NCBI GenBank assembly: GCA_977017645.1
Contig: OZ360243.1
Location: 51,026,001 to 51,090,000 of the forward strand
Reading direction: 5' to 3'
From: Torpedo marmorata
Taxonomy: Eukaryota
Length of the DNA stretch: 64,000 bases
Each line of letters opens with the position of its first letter. The stretch's first letter is position 1. The notes below the pieces were generated by a model. That model was not told where the DNA came from. It searched no databases and saw nothing but the letters and a program-made list of their open reading frames with translations. Positions 38,893 through 50,230 of this stretch are shown here, piece after piece. Made by a program: the position numbers and the translations under genes.

Positions 38893-41523
38893 AGAGAGGA
38901 AAGGAGGCAAGATGCAGCCTAACGCCACTTGTTATAAAATTCTAACTCATCTCAGTGAGGGCCTCTGGGACACTGCTGACTTGGCGAAGAAAGAGAAGGA
39001 TAGAATGAGCATTCTCCTGCCAGCAGGAATTCAAGGTGCAACCTGATTTATTTTAATTAGTCCTGAAATTAAATCTTGCTGTTTGTTTGGTTTTGACTTT
39101 TAACAGCAGCTGCAATTCTATCACGTCTTCAAAATTGTAAGGCTGAACAAGGCATCCTTAACAAGCAGGTGAACAGTTTCCACAGGAGGCCTCATTGGGT
39201 TTGATCTGTTTAGGCACTGTAAACATAACTCTACATCATCCATCTCACAAGCAGCTTTTAAAGATTCCCTCTGAAGTCCTAATGATTCCTCATGACATGG
39301 GAAATGTGGTCAATTTTGTACGTCAATGTCAAAAGTGCCTTTACAACACAGCCACTTAACGCCCATGATGTTGATTTGCCTTGTCATTTTCTTGCTGCGT
39401 TGTTGGCTAACAGCATTGTCAGTATTATTTTGAGCCTGAATTCCAAATGGCCTGAGTTATCCACTCTCCAGTTAAACTTGTTCTTTTCCTCATCTTTATT
39501 CCTTCTACAATTCCAGACCTTTCCGTCATCTGAATGATACTTTGCACCTCATCTTCCCTGTTACCTCTTGATGTCCACTTACACCAATAGTTTTTGCTTT
39601 AGCTGAGGGCCCTATTAGATTTTTCTTAATAGAGAGGAGAGTTGAAACAGAGGTGGCCATTGCATCAAGGTCTTTTAACCTTAACTCCTTTTCCCAATCT
39701 TTGTTTCACAACCCTGGATTTATTTTGAAAGTTTTGTTTGACTGGCAGTGTCAACAGCCTTTAATGAAGGGAATTCAGATTTGTGTGGAAAAGAGATTTC
39801 TAATTCCACTCATGAATGGTCTGGGTCTAATAAGAAGATGCCTTTTCATTCATGTTTTCCCAACCAAAGGGAATTGTTTTTCTGTGTATCTGAACTATTG
39901 AATCACACAACCACTGTAAATGGCTCAATCATCTAAACCCAAAGGAATCCAAATGAGGTGTGTATTTTAACAGGTGTTTTAACATGGACAAATATTGAAT
40001 TTTGGATATCTGATCAATTTTTGATGGTTTCCTTGAAAAGTAAGCGGTTTGTAAAACTAATATTTAATGATTATACTTTTGTGATCAGTAAAGCTTTAAT
40101 TTCTGGGGGAAATTAATCTCTAATCAATCACTGATTGAGTCTTTTGTATGCTCAGGATGTATATTTTCCCATTGGATAACTGCTTTTTGTAAACACTGGT
40201 TAAATGAATCAGAGCTGCATGAGTTGTCACTGAGGCTGAGGGCGCAGCATGGTTGAGGTGCCTCAACAGCTATGCTGGATTTGCCAATCTTGCCTGCTGA
40301 TGATGCAAGAGTAGTTATTGGTTTCTGGATGTCGCAGGTCCCTACTTTTTCATTTTTATCCGTGGTCACTGCCAGGGAGCTCGGGCATCAGGTGACTTTG
40401 TATCCACGATTCACACCACCTTTCCAATACCCTGCTCGTGACTGTCACCAAGGAAATGTCCTTCGTACCAGAGTACTCCTGGGGTCTGTAAAGTTGGACC
40501 CCATGAGCCAACACCTGCGAGAATAAAGCAATCCTTAGTAAAAGACCCTGAATTTAGGATGGGAGAAAGTGAGCCTCAGTGTGAAATAAAATGAATTATT
40601 TCTCTGTCTTCATGACTCTGTTGTATTTTGTTTTTATTTTCCCAAAAGCCAAATACCTTTGGAAAGAGATTGATGGTCTCTGGGCAACAGATTTCATCCA
40701 AAAGTTTTGTTCCTCTTCAGCAACTGAAGCTGTAATGGTCTCTGTTCTTGCTGTTTGGCAATGTAGCTAAGCATTTATTACTGTCTCTAAGCGAAATGTG
40801 AAATTGATGGGAAGCTTGGAGCATTGCCGTCTACTTTGAGATGGTATACTTGCAATGCTTTAAGTTAAGAAATTGCAGAAGACAGCCACCTTTTCATCCA
40901 GAGTAAATTATTTCTGCCTACTTTTTATATATCTCTAAGTAAGTGATTCCTTTATCTTTATACTTACGGTAATTCAAGTGTAGACAAGCAAAACATACTC
41001 TTGCTTTACCATAACTCATTCACCAGCCTCACATTCCAGAAATGTTCTCACAGCTGTACTCCAAATTTTAACTAGGTTCTACAGCTCTAAGATTACTTTT
41101 TGTTTCAACTTTCTTGAAATAAACGCCTTTAAAATTATATTTTCCATTTTTAATGATTTGTGTATGAACGGTTAAATCTCTTCATAAATCCTAGCTTTTT
41201 TGCCATTTTGTATATATATTTCAGTGTCCTTTTTGGGCCCTAGTGAATATCCTCACTGCCTCTTTGATGTACCTGCTTCCCTCTTTGATGTGCCTACTTA
41301 CTTTATCAATGGCCCTCACAATCTGCTAGCCATCTGCACCGCTCATACAAGCATGGTGGGAAGAATGATTTCCTGTGCCATATCATTCCAAATTTATTGT
41401 CAAAGCATTAAGTACAGTGATTGAAACTGTCAATCAACGTCTCTTTGACCTTGTCTTATGATCTCTCAGTCTGAGCAAAATATTATTGGACCTGAACAAT
41501 GGACTGTTTCATTGCTTTAAAAT

Positions 41524-41529
41524 TTTATT
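41524..41529 (-). terminator. Putative polyadenylation signal of the acrosin-like gene
   Basis: AATAAA on the - strand ~50 nt after the stop codon. Confidence 0.6.
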
Positions 41530-41579
41530 GACATAGAGACTAACATCAACAAAAATATGTGTAAATCTGTGGGTGCAGA

Positions 41580-41858
41580 TCAGATAAAGAGAGACACCAG
41601 TCCAACTGATGTGAAAAAGCCATAATACAAACGGGTAGCACTGTTGTGTGGTGTTGCCATGCGAGCATGCACATTGCTGGTTTGCATTTGGCCCAACTTT
41701 GATGTCTTCCATTGAATCCACTCGATATACTTGCGGACAGATGTGTAAATACCTGGGTGAACTTTCTGGCCACAGCCCAAGCCCCAGTTGGTGATACCCA
41801 GCTGGTAAAATTTCCCTTTGCCAAGCACTTTGCAGACCAAAGGGCCTCCACTGTCAGT
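41580..41858 (-). CDS. Acrosin-like serine protease, terminal exon (Ser195; hydrophobic tail)
   Basis: TTACAG|TDSGGPLVCK..GITNWGLGCG..HPGIYT..YIEWI..RLYYGFFTSVGLVSLFI*; 279 nt. Confidence 0.93.
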   Translation of the reverse strand, partial: TDSGGPLVCKVLGKGKFYQLGITNWGLGCGQKVHPGIYTSVRKYIEWIQWKTSKLGQMQTSNVHARMATPHNSATRLYYGFFTSVGLVSLFI

Positions 41859-42081
41859 CTGTAATAAAAGATAATGATTATGACACCCAGCATCCCAGTG
41901 TATCCTTTGTTCCTCGTGTAGATTCAAACCCAAACCCAGATGTATGATGAAGAACGAGTGGGGTTCATCTGCGATGGATTTGATCCCAAATCCCAATGGC
42001 CCAAGGTCTTTCCATGATCGTACTTCTCTATTTAGTCCACCTCAACACTGACAAGTTTTAAATCATACAGTAAGTAGATAC

Positions 42082-42224
42082 CTGACATCTGTCCGGTCCT
42101 GCCCATTTAAATCCAGCACACAGCACTTGATCAGACAGTGAGCCATTATACCAGTCGCCTTGGTTGCAAATAGCAGTTGGGATGATACTGATCTCTTGTT
42201 CCTGTAAAATATCTGTCCGTCTAC
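42082..42224 (-). CDS. Acrosin-like serine protease exon
   Basis: ATTTAG|GRRTDILQEQEISIIPTAICNQGDWYNGSLSDQVLCAGFKWAGPDRCQ|GTATCT; 143 nt; CN..WYNG resembles acrosin. Confidence 0.93.
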
Positions 42225-42386
42225 CTAAATTAAAGAAAACCAAGTTGTGAGATTGATTATGGCACTGAAATACAAATCAGGAGACCACTTGGCCCCTCCA
42301 CCCTGCTAGGATCACAGCTGTCTCAGATTCTAGTATCAGCTGTACATTCACACCTTGCTTATCGAGTATCTGTCTGCCTTGGATCT

Positions 42387-42632
42387 AAAGGTAAAAAGGT
42401 AAAGGTTCCATTATTGTCACGTAATACTACATTTAGAATGTAACATACATGAAATTCTTTAATTTATGTCTACCATAAGGCAGACAGAGGGTCGCTATTT
42501 TGTCCAGCGCCCCTCACAGAAACCTACAGCACCTGGTGTTCCTTGGCGGTCTCCCCTCCAAGTACTGACCAGTCCTGTGCCTGCTTAGCTTCTGAGATCA
42601 GACAATCCCAGTTGTATTCAGGCTATTGGTGC
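42387..42632 (-). mobile_element. 5S rRNA-derived SINE
   Basis: The - strand reads GTCTGATCTCAGAAGCTAAGCAGG..TGGTCAGTACTTGGAGGGGAGACCGCC..GGAACACCAGGTGCTGTAGG (5S with A and C boxes), then a ~115-nt body and an (ACCTTT)n-like tail. Confidence 0.85.
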
Positions 42633-42724
42633 TATATATTCAAGCGCTCTGCTTTTACCACTCGAGGAAGAGAGTTCCAAAGAATCACAATCATCTTTAA
42701 AAAAACAAAAAACATTTGCCTCAT

Positions 42725-43220
42725 CTGGAAAGTTGTGGAAGCTATGGAGAGGGCGCAGATGAGATTTACCAGGATGTTGCCTGGATTGGAAAATATGTCT
42801 TATGAGGCAAGGTTAGCAGAGCTAGGGCTTTTCTCCTTGGAGCGAAGAAGGATGAGAGGTGACTTGATAGAGGTCTATATGATTATGAGAGGCATAGACA
42901 AGGTAGACAGAACCTTTTTCCCAGGGCAGAGCAGCAAACACCAGAAGACATCTGAACAAAGTGAAGGGAGGAAAGTTTAGGGGAGATATCAGGGGTGTTT
43001 TTTCACACCGAGAGTTGTGAGTGCCTGGAATGCATTGCCAGGGGTGGTGGTGGAAGCTGGAACAATAGGGACATTTAGGAGACTCTTAGGCTCATGGATG
43101 AGAGGAAAATAGAGGGTTATGAGGTAGGGAGAGTTTCGTTTTTTTTTTGGTAGGTATACATGGGTCGGCACAACATTGTGGGCCGAAGGGCCTGTACTGT
43201 GCTGTAATGTTCTATATTCT
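42725..43220 (+). mobile_element. CR1-type LINE 3' fragment
   Basis: ERAQMRFTRMLPGLENMSYEARLAELGLFSLERRRMRGDLIEVY. Confidence 0.9.
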
Positions 43221-44416
43221 ATCTTGATTGTGCAATCTTTTATTTAAGGGTTTTTCTATTTGACAAGATCTGCACTGGGACTTTACCCACAGCCTTTATT
43301 CATCCATTAGTTATTGTGGCTTCCTTATGCGATTTCCCTTCATCCAAAACTAACCTTTTTACAGATCAAAATAATCAACTTTTACTTTGCCGACATCCAG
43401 CACATCTTGAGAGGGTGTTACTATTTAAATTTATTGATTGCAATGAAACTTCCATTAGATAACAATTGTCCTCATCAGCAATTAATTATTTGAGAATCTT
43501 GAGGAAAATTAAAACATTAAACTAGCAATAAACAATGTTATTAGGGGTTCAGACATGACACAAAAGTATACAGGGATTTGTACCTAATCTCTGCTATACC
43601 TGCATTGGGTGTTGATGGGCAGAGCAGAGGGAGCTTCAATTCGGAGTAACAAATCAGTTGAATTGGCTTAAAATGACAGAGTACTCCTACCAGGATCAAG
43701 ACAGCTCAACAATAGCATTGGACACTACAATCAAGAGTGTTACATTCTATCATTCATACCAGATACTGGTTCTGTTACAAATGGAGTAATAGATGTAATG
43801 CAACTCCATCCTGATGCCACAATCAAATAACATGAAATTAGTTCCCAATTTCATGCAGAGTTCTTCTCAATATTAATGAGGATGCCTAGGTTTTTAAAGA
43901 GTTGTTTCTTCTGTATCAAAAATGATTTAATACTTAAAGGCCTCTTGCTTCAGTTGAACTGCACTGAAGCAGTTAATTACCCATGGCTGGGATGCCTAAC
44001 CTGAGACTTAGCCTCCAGATTCTAATGTGCCCTTAATGATTTGAGGGTCTGACTAAGACACTTAAGATTAAACCTAAGGCTGGAGTGACAAGTAAGTCAA
44101 ATCCAACCAGGAAGGATGGAGATGGTCCCATCCTGGGGGACACTAGGAACAAGCTGACCTTTGTACAGATGACTATGGTGGGATTTGATTGAAACACGAA
44201 AGTCTGCAGACGCTGTGATTGTAGCAAAAACACTCCGAAATGCTGGAGGAACTCAGCCGGTCTTTTCAGCGTCTATAGGAGACAAAGATATATTGCCGAC
44301 ATTTCGGGTCTGAGCTTCAAAGCTTTAATGCCCATGACTCTTAGTTACTGTGACTAACACATGTGTCAACATGCATCTGTTCGGACCCTGAACTTTACCT
44401 TGAACAGTTAACTTGC

Positions 44417-44682
44417 CTTTCCCTTCCACCATGCCCCATCCAGCAGTGACACATGGCTTGAGTTCAGCAATATCAAGTCTCTGGTTCTGAAGGCACACTG
44501 GCTGAACGTAGTTGGTGAACACAATTGGTTCTGTAACCTTGATGAGAGCAATGTCGTTAGCTTCTGTGTCTGGATTGTAATTTTCATGCTTGATGACCTC
44601 TGCCACTGGTCTGGCGTATGTATTTTTACTGAACCTCGAGATCTGTTCTAATCCAAACACCAGCATAATTTTTTCCACGTTG
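44417..44682 (-). CDS. Acrosin-like serine protease exon (Asp102)
   Basis: CTTAAG|NVEKIMLVFG..VIKHENYNPDTEANDIALIK..VQPVCL..CVTAGWG..; 266 nt; the phase-compatible donor is AAG|GCAAGT (GC). Confidence 0.92.
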
Positions 44683-46927
44683 CTTAAGGAGGATAAACAT
44701 AAGGAAATTGTTATAAATTAGAAGGACATGTTTAGCTGCTGTTCGGCAAAACTGCGGATCGTTTGCATACACCTTGTCAAATAATAATTTCTGAGATTTA
44801 AATACCAGCATTTCACTCTCAGTTTCCAATTTAACTAATCCCAGTTTGATTGGAAAATTAGAAAATGTTGGAAACACTCACCAGGTCAGACAGCATCATC
44901 GGGGAGAAAACCAGAGTCAAGATTTCAGGTTTGAGTCCCTGCCACAGATGCTATCCAACCTGCTGAGCATTTCCAGCATTTTCTGTTCTTATCTCAGATT
45001 TCCTGCATTTGTAAATTTTCATTTCTCAGTTAGAAAATTCAAGTTTACAGGAAAAGGGAGAGTTGACTTGGCTTCTTCCTCCTGACCACTATCGGGGTAA
45101 ATTGGGAACCAGATTAAAACCAGATTAATAAAAAGGAAATAGTGTCCCTATGATTGATGTACAAGTTCTTTCATGCTTCCATTTGGCAAGACAATATTTG
45201 ACCCGTTCACTGTAGATACAGAAGTGCATCTTAAAACAGGACAGCTAAGTTATTTTTAAAATTCAAATTAACAGTTTAATGAGCCACATGAGAGGATTAA
45301 ATATGACCATTAATTTAACTCGCTGAAGCTAACCAAAGTGGGTGTTCTAATGTAGGGCCTGTCTACGAGGCGGACAGCAGCCCTTCTCAAACACAAAAGG
45401 CCAATAAAATCCTAACATAAATGGGCTTCATTTCAAACTATGCACCTTCCCTGTTGTGACTGTAACAAGTTCATGCAACAACACATGCCTTGTCTTTTTC
45501 TCCATGAATTCACACAGCTGTTTCTTTTGGTTGGTCAGTTTGGAGACCTAGATCATAGAGTGTGTAATGTGTCCTGGAACCATGGTGAAATGCCACGCCT
45601 AGTGAGCATGTTGGATCTTCCAAGTGTATGCAGCAGTGATGCGGGAGTGCAGGCAATAGTCATTTTCTCCCACCTATCTCACCAGAGACCTAGCTGGAAT
45701 CTAGCTGACAAAAACTCAATTCCGACACCCACTCAGACTTGGTTGAATGAAACAAAAGTTTCCTTCATACTGGAGATATCTCTCATCAGCACAATATCCT
45801 CGATACTCTCCTCAGTGTTTTGGGCAAAATGAGTACCTCGGTAAAAATCTCAATGTAAAGATCTTTTCCTTCATCTCCTTGTTATGTGCTGAGTGCTTGA
45901 GTTTGCTGTCTGCATATTGGCTCTCATACTGCTCCAAGTTACAATGGAGATAACATCTCAAACGTTGATTGAAAAGTGCTCTGGGATGTCCTGGGAATGT
46001 GAAAAGTGCTACGTTAATGTGAGTTTTTTTGTACAAGGATCACATTCAACTAAGTGGGAAGAGGGTGGACTGTGGTTTGCTAATCTTCTTAAATTATTGT
46101 GTTCTTTCACTTCTGGTTGAGGTCAAAAATTAGTGGTGGTGACAATCCCCACAACGGTGAATGGACCAGTTGCTGACAAGAGTTGGAATATCCAGGAAGT
46201 TGGGAAAACTGGCAGAGAAACAAGGGAGGAAAGGAGTAAAACACGAAAGTCTGCAGACACCGTGATTGAAGTAAAAACACAATGCTGGAGAAACTCATCA
46301 GTGTACTTTATGTAGCAAAGATAAAGATACATAACCATCGTTTTGGGCTTGAGCCCTTCATCAAGGTATGAACAAAATGTAGGCAGACGCCTGAACAAAA
46401 TAGGGGGGGGAGGCAGAAGGGAGGAAGGAAAGGTATTGCTATCTTTGGTGCAGTTTCCAAGAGAGGGTACAATAACTACACTTGCTTCAATGCACCTCCC
46501 AAGGTAGGATTCAGTTACTGCCAATGTTCAGGTGCAACACTCATGAGAGGAAACAGTTACTACTGCTGTAGGGATGGTCCCGGGACTCACCTATGAAGAT
46601 GTTGCAGTTAAGGAAGGATACAACTACAACTCCCATTCAGTGAGGCTCTCGGAGGGTGGGGATTATACTTGCGGATCCCAGAGGAGGACACAGTTACCAC
46701 CACTTTAAAAGTGCGATTTCTGTGATCATAATGGGGCACATATAGATCCCAGGCCTCAAGTAGACTCTAAATTGACACAGATATGGTTATTGCTTGCAGG
46801 ATAGGCAATGTCTGAAAGTCATTGTTGAAGCACAGACTGAACTGGAGATTCAATCTATGAACACTTTTACTTGTTAACACAAATCACTGAGTGTGTTAGG
46901 AACAGATTAATCAGGGGAAGTCCTTAC

Positions 46928-47141
46928 TTGGCCACCTTGGCTTTGAAGCAGTGAGCTGCAGTCAGCACCCAGTAGTTATTGATGACAGATCCACTACAGA
47001 TGTGCCCATAAGTCCCGTCTTTCGAAGCGATCTGTACACTGACCAACCAAGGCCAAGCACCTGGATCTGCATCATGATTCCCCAAAATCTCAGAATCCAG
47101 GTCTTCCTCCTCCTCATTCACCGTTGGCCGGTGGCTGCATT
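46928..47141 (-). CDS. Acrosin-like serine protease exon (propeptide and His57)
   Basis: TTGTAG|CSHRPTVNEEEEDLDSEILGNHDADPGAWPWLVSVQ..HICSGSVINNYWVLTAAHCF..|GTAAGG; 214 nt; upstream signal-peptide exon not identified. Confidence 0.93.
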
Positions 47142-47269
47142 CTACAAAAAGAGGTGAACTGTTACTTTAGAGGGAACAACTACCACAATTGTAGAGATTA
47201 GCGACACCAAGCTACCACATCCCACAAGCAGTAGAGACCCTCCGACAAAGACCAACTCGAGTCAGCCAT

Positions 47270-47666
47270 AGCTCAGTGGCTAGCACTCCTGTCTCTGAGA
47301 TAAAAGAAAAATGTTTCAAGCCCATTCTAGAGACTCGAGCACAATATCAGGCTGTCCTTTTCTGTGAAGTACTAAGGAAGGGCTGTGCTGTTACAAGTTT
47401 TGGCTTACAGATAAACTGTTCAAACTGAAGCCCTGTCTATTTCCTTCGATGGCATAGTTCAGGAAATGCAGGGAAGTTCTCACTTGCCTTCCAGCTAGCA
47501 TTTAATCAGCATCTGATGACGGCAAAAATACATTTTGTGAAAGCTTTCTTTGTAAAAATTGACACATGTGGTACCTCCATTACAATAATTATGGCACTTT
47601 AAAAATAGTGCTTGTAAAGCACTTTGGAAGATCCTGAGGGGTAGAAAAAGCTTTGTAATTGGCAAG
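47270..47666 (+). mobile_element. Old DeuSINE-like element; a second copy lies at ~51250-51640
   Basis: tRNA-like head AGCTCAGTGG, Deu-like core, and 3' end TGTAAAGCACTTTGG..ATCCTGAGG..GAAA..GCT..ATA..TGCAAG; family assignment from recall. Confidence 0.55.
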
Positions 47667-47668
47667 TA

Positions 47669-47876
47669 CAGGTATACCCCGCTTTACGAAGGTAGAGCGT
47701 TCCTGAGAAACCGTTCGTAAACCGAAAATTCGTAAAGCGAAGACCCATTGACTACTATTGAAGGCAATTTTCGTAAAAGCGAAAAGCCATTAAAATTTCT
47801 TCCTAAAAGCAAACACGGGTTTCTTCGTAAAAGCGAATTTTCGTAATTCGAGTATTCGTAAAGCAGGGTTTACCTG
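47669..47876. mobile_element. Tigger/pogo-like MITE
   Basis: TA|CAGGTATACCCCGCTTTACGAA ... TTCGTAAAGCAGGGTTTACCTG|TA; multiple TTCGTAA motifs. Confidence 0.9.
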
Positions 47877-47982
47877 TATCTTGCTTGCCATTTCAGCGTG
47901 GACTTTGAAAATTGACATCACAATTAAACTCATTCTAGCCCCGAGGCAACACTAAGACTCATCCACAGTGTTGGGTTTCATA

Positions 47983-48767
47983 AGCCCCTTTCACACTGCC
48001 AACCCTCCTAGAAAGCGGATAAACGACCCGGGTTGCAGTACCCAGTGAGCTGTTCACACTGGACCATGAATTACCTGGTTCATGTGGATATCGTCGATCT
48101 AAGGGGGGCCCAACCTCCAGCGGTGACGTCCCGAGCGACGTATTACGTACTCGCAGGGCAGTGAAATCGTAGCGGGAATAAAGCACATACACGCTCAATG
48201 TATAAAAGACCGTGGGAAAATCTACTGCAGTGGGCTTCAGACTGTTCAAACTTAGGACAAACCCACAGACCAGCTTGTCATCATTCCCTAAACAATAGAG
48301 TATAACAACTATTTACATAGCATTACATTATATTAGGTATTATAAGTAATCTTGACATGATTTAAAGCACAGGTACGCGCTGACAGCTCCACCGGCTGCG
48401 CTGTGACAGTCCCGCCGGCCACCCTGGTAGTATCAAGATTACTTATAATACTCCACAGGGTGGCCGGCGGGGCTGTCAGCGCGTACCTGTGCTTTAAATC
48501 ATCTCAAGATTACATAATACTACCAGAGTGACGCAGGCACTAATGTCACTAATGGTACCCGGGAGAGCAGGTTGGCCATTCACACTGCCGCAGAGTCAAC
48601 TCAGAGTTAACTCGGCCGGGCTCTGATACAACCCCCCATCAAGAGTCAGAGCCCAGTTGACTTACCCACCCTGCCCGGTTGGGACCTTTCACACTGCCAG
48701 GTGACCCACTAAGGACCTGCTAAATTGCCCAGTTCAACCCACTTTATTTGGCAGTGTGAAAGGGGCT
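47983..48767. mobile_element. PIF/Harbinger-type MITE
   Basis: Perfect 20-bp TIR AGCCCCTTTCACACTGCCAA / TTGGCAGTGTGAAAGGGGCT, 3-bp TSD ATA, and internal TTCACACTG repeats. Confidence 0.9.
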
Positions 48768-48959
48768 ATAGACACCAGCTTTGCACTATTGTTGCTGGGT
48801 TACTCCTCACCCTGTATTCCTGACATTGAACCACGTCACACCGCTGTCCAAACATACATTGCCCAGCTAATCATTGTCGGCAAAGTGTTACATTCATTGG
48901 TTCATCAGACCGGGAGATATTTTTGTACAATACACTAAGGCTTTTACCCCTCAGTTACT

Positions 48960-50230
48960 CTCCCACTTGAGCTTGAGGAAGTGAGAGCAGATCTGTGCAG
49001 AATATTTCCACGTACAGTCTCACCAGGGCTCTAAAATATTGCAGCAAGATGTCTCTATTCTGGTTCACTAAACCTCGTGCAATAAAGACCACCATAGTAT
49101 TTAGTTTCCTTACTGCCTGCTGAACTTGCATGTTATCTTCTGTGATTCATCTACAAGGATTCCCAGGTTCCTCCTTCAAACTCTCACCATTTTAAATAAT
49201 ACAACACCTTTCAAGTTTTTTTTCTGCCAATGTGGTTGTCCTCACAATTTTCCACATTATATTCCATCAGCCATGTCCTTGTCCATTCGCCCACCATGTC
49301 TGTAGCTATTTGAAGTCTTTGTACTTTTTTATCACAACCCAGACTGCATCCGGCCTTATCATCGGCAAACTTGGATATTTCACATTTGATTCACTCATCC
49401 AATTGATAAGGATTGTGAACAGCTAGGGCCTCAATGCCAACCTTCGTGGCACCCTACTTTTCAGATCTTCACAAAGCAGAATTACCCATTTATTCTTATT
49501 TCTCCATTTTGATCTATTAACTAATTCTCAAGCCTTAATGACAAGAGATTGCTCCAAAACCATTGCTTTGTAGTTCTGCTTTTTTAATTTAGACCCAGGC
49601 TAATCATACCAATCAGAAAACCTTTTCCTTTATCCTGTTTAAGTCATGGGTTCCCACATGAATTGGATAGTGCCCCTTCCACTTCATACCTCCTCATCCC
49701 AAGGACATGACCTCAAACTGGCACTGGATAGGAAATACAGCCTTTGGAATTCATGCTCCTGGTCTGCAGAGCACAGAATCCATCCCCTAAGTATCTTGCC
49801 TCCATTACCATTACAATACTCTTCACTCTCCCAACTTGAATGATTGCCTGCAATGGTCCACTCTGCAATTTTCATCCACAAAGACGTGCAGATCTTACAC
49901 CTGTGGGCAAGTGCAAGGCCTGTGGCTCCTGCGAGTTAACCTTTGGATCCCTATACTTGTTTCACCCAAAGTCGCACCGTCCACTCTTGACTGACCAATC
50001 AACAATACTTTATTCTCAGGGTGCAACTACATCAGGAAACACATTGCCCCTTCCCCGATTCATTGCAGTTTCTGAATCTCGGACACCACCTCATTAATTC
50101 TGTGACAAATGACCTTAAGCCACACACATTTCCTGTCGATGTGTTCACCATAAATCTCGTCACTTCCATCAACATCCACTTACTACAGCTGCAACATATC
50201 ACCTCCCCTGCCACATTTCTCTCACAACCT
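48960..50230 (-). mobile_element. Old CR1-type LINE remnant
   Basis: Reverse-strand KFADDK (near 49355-49372), ILDL...DE-like endonuclease remnants and Cys-rich ORF1 remnants. Confidence 0.55.

Noticed and set aside
42520-42632. Functional 5S rRNA gene
   Set aside because: The 5' end is diverged, there is no T4+ terminator, it is fused to a retroposon tail, and it is a single intronic copy
48811-48900. First exon of the protease gene (donor AGG|GTGAGG)
   Set aside because: The hydrophobic ATG frame (MISWAMYVWTAV) hits a stop, and the open frame is phase 0, incompatible with the phase-1 acceptor at 47141
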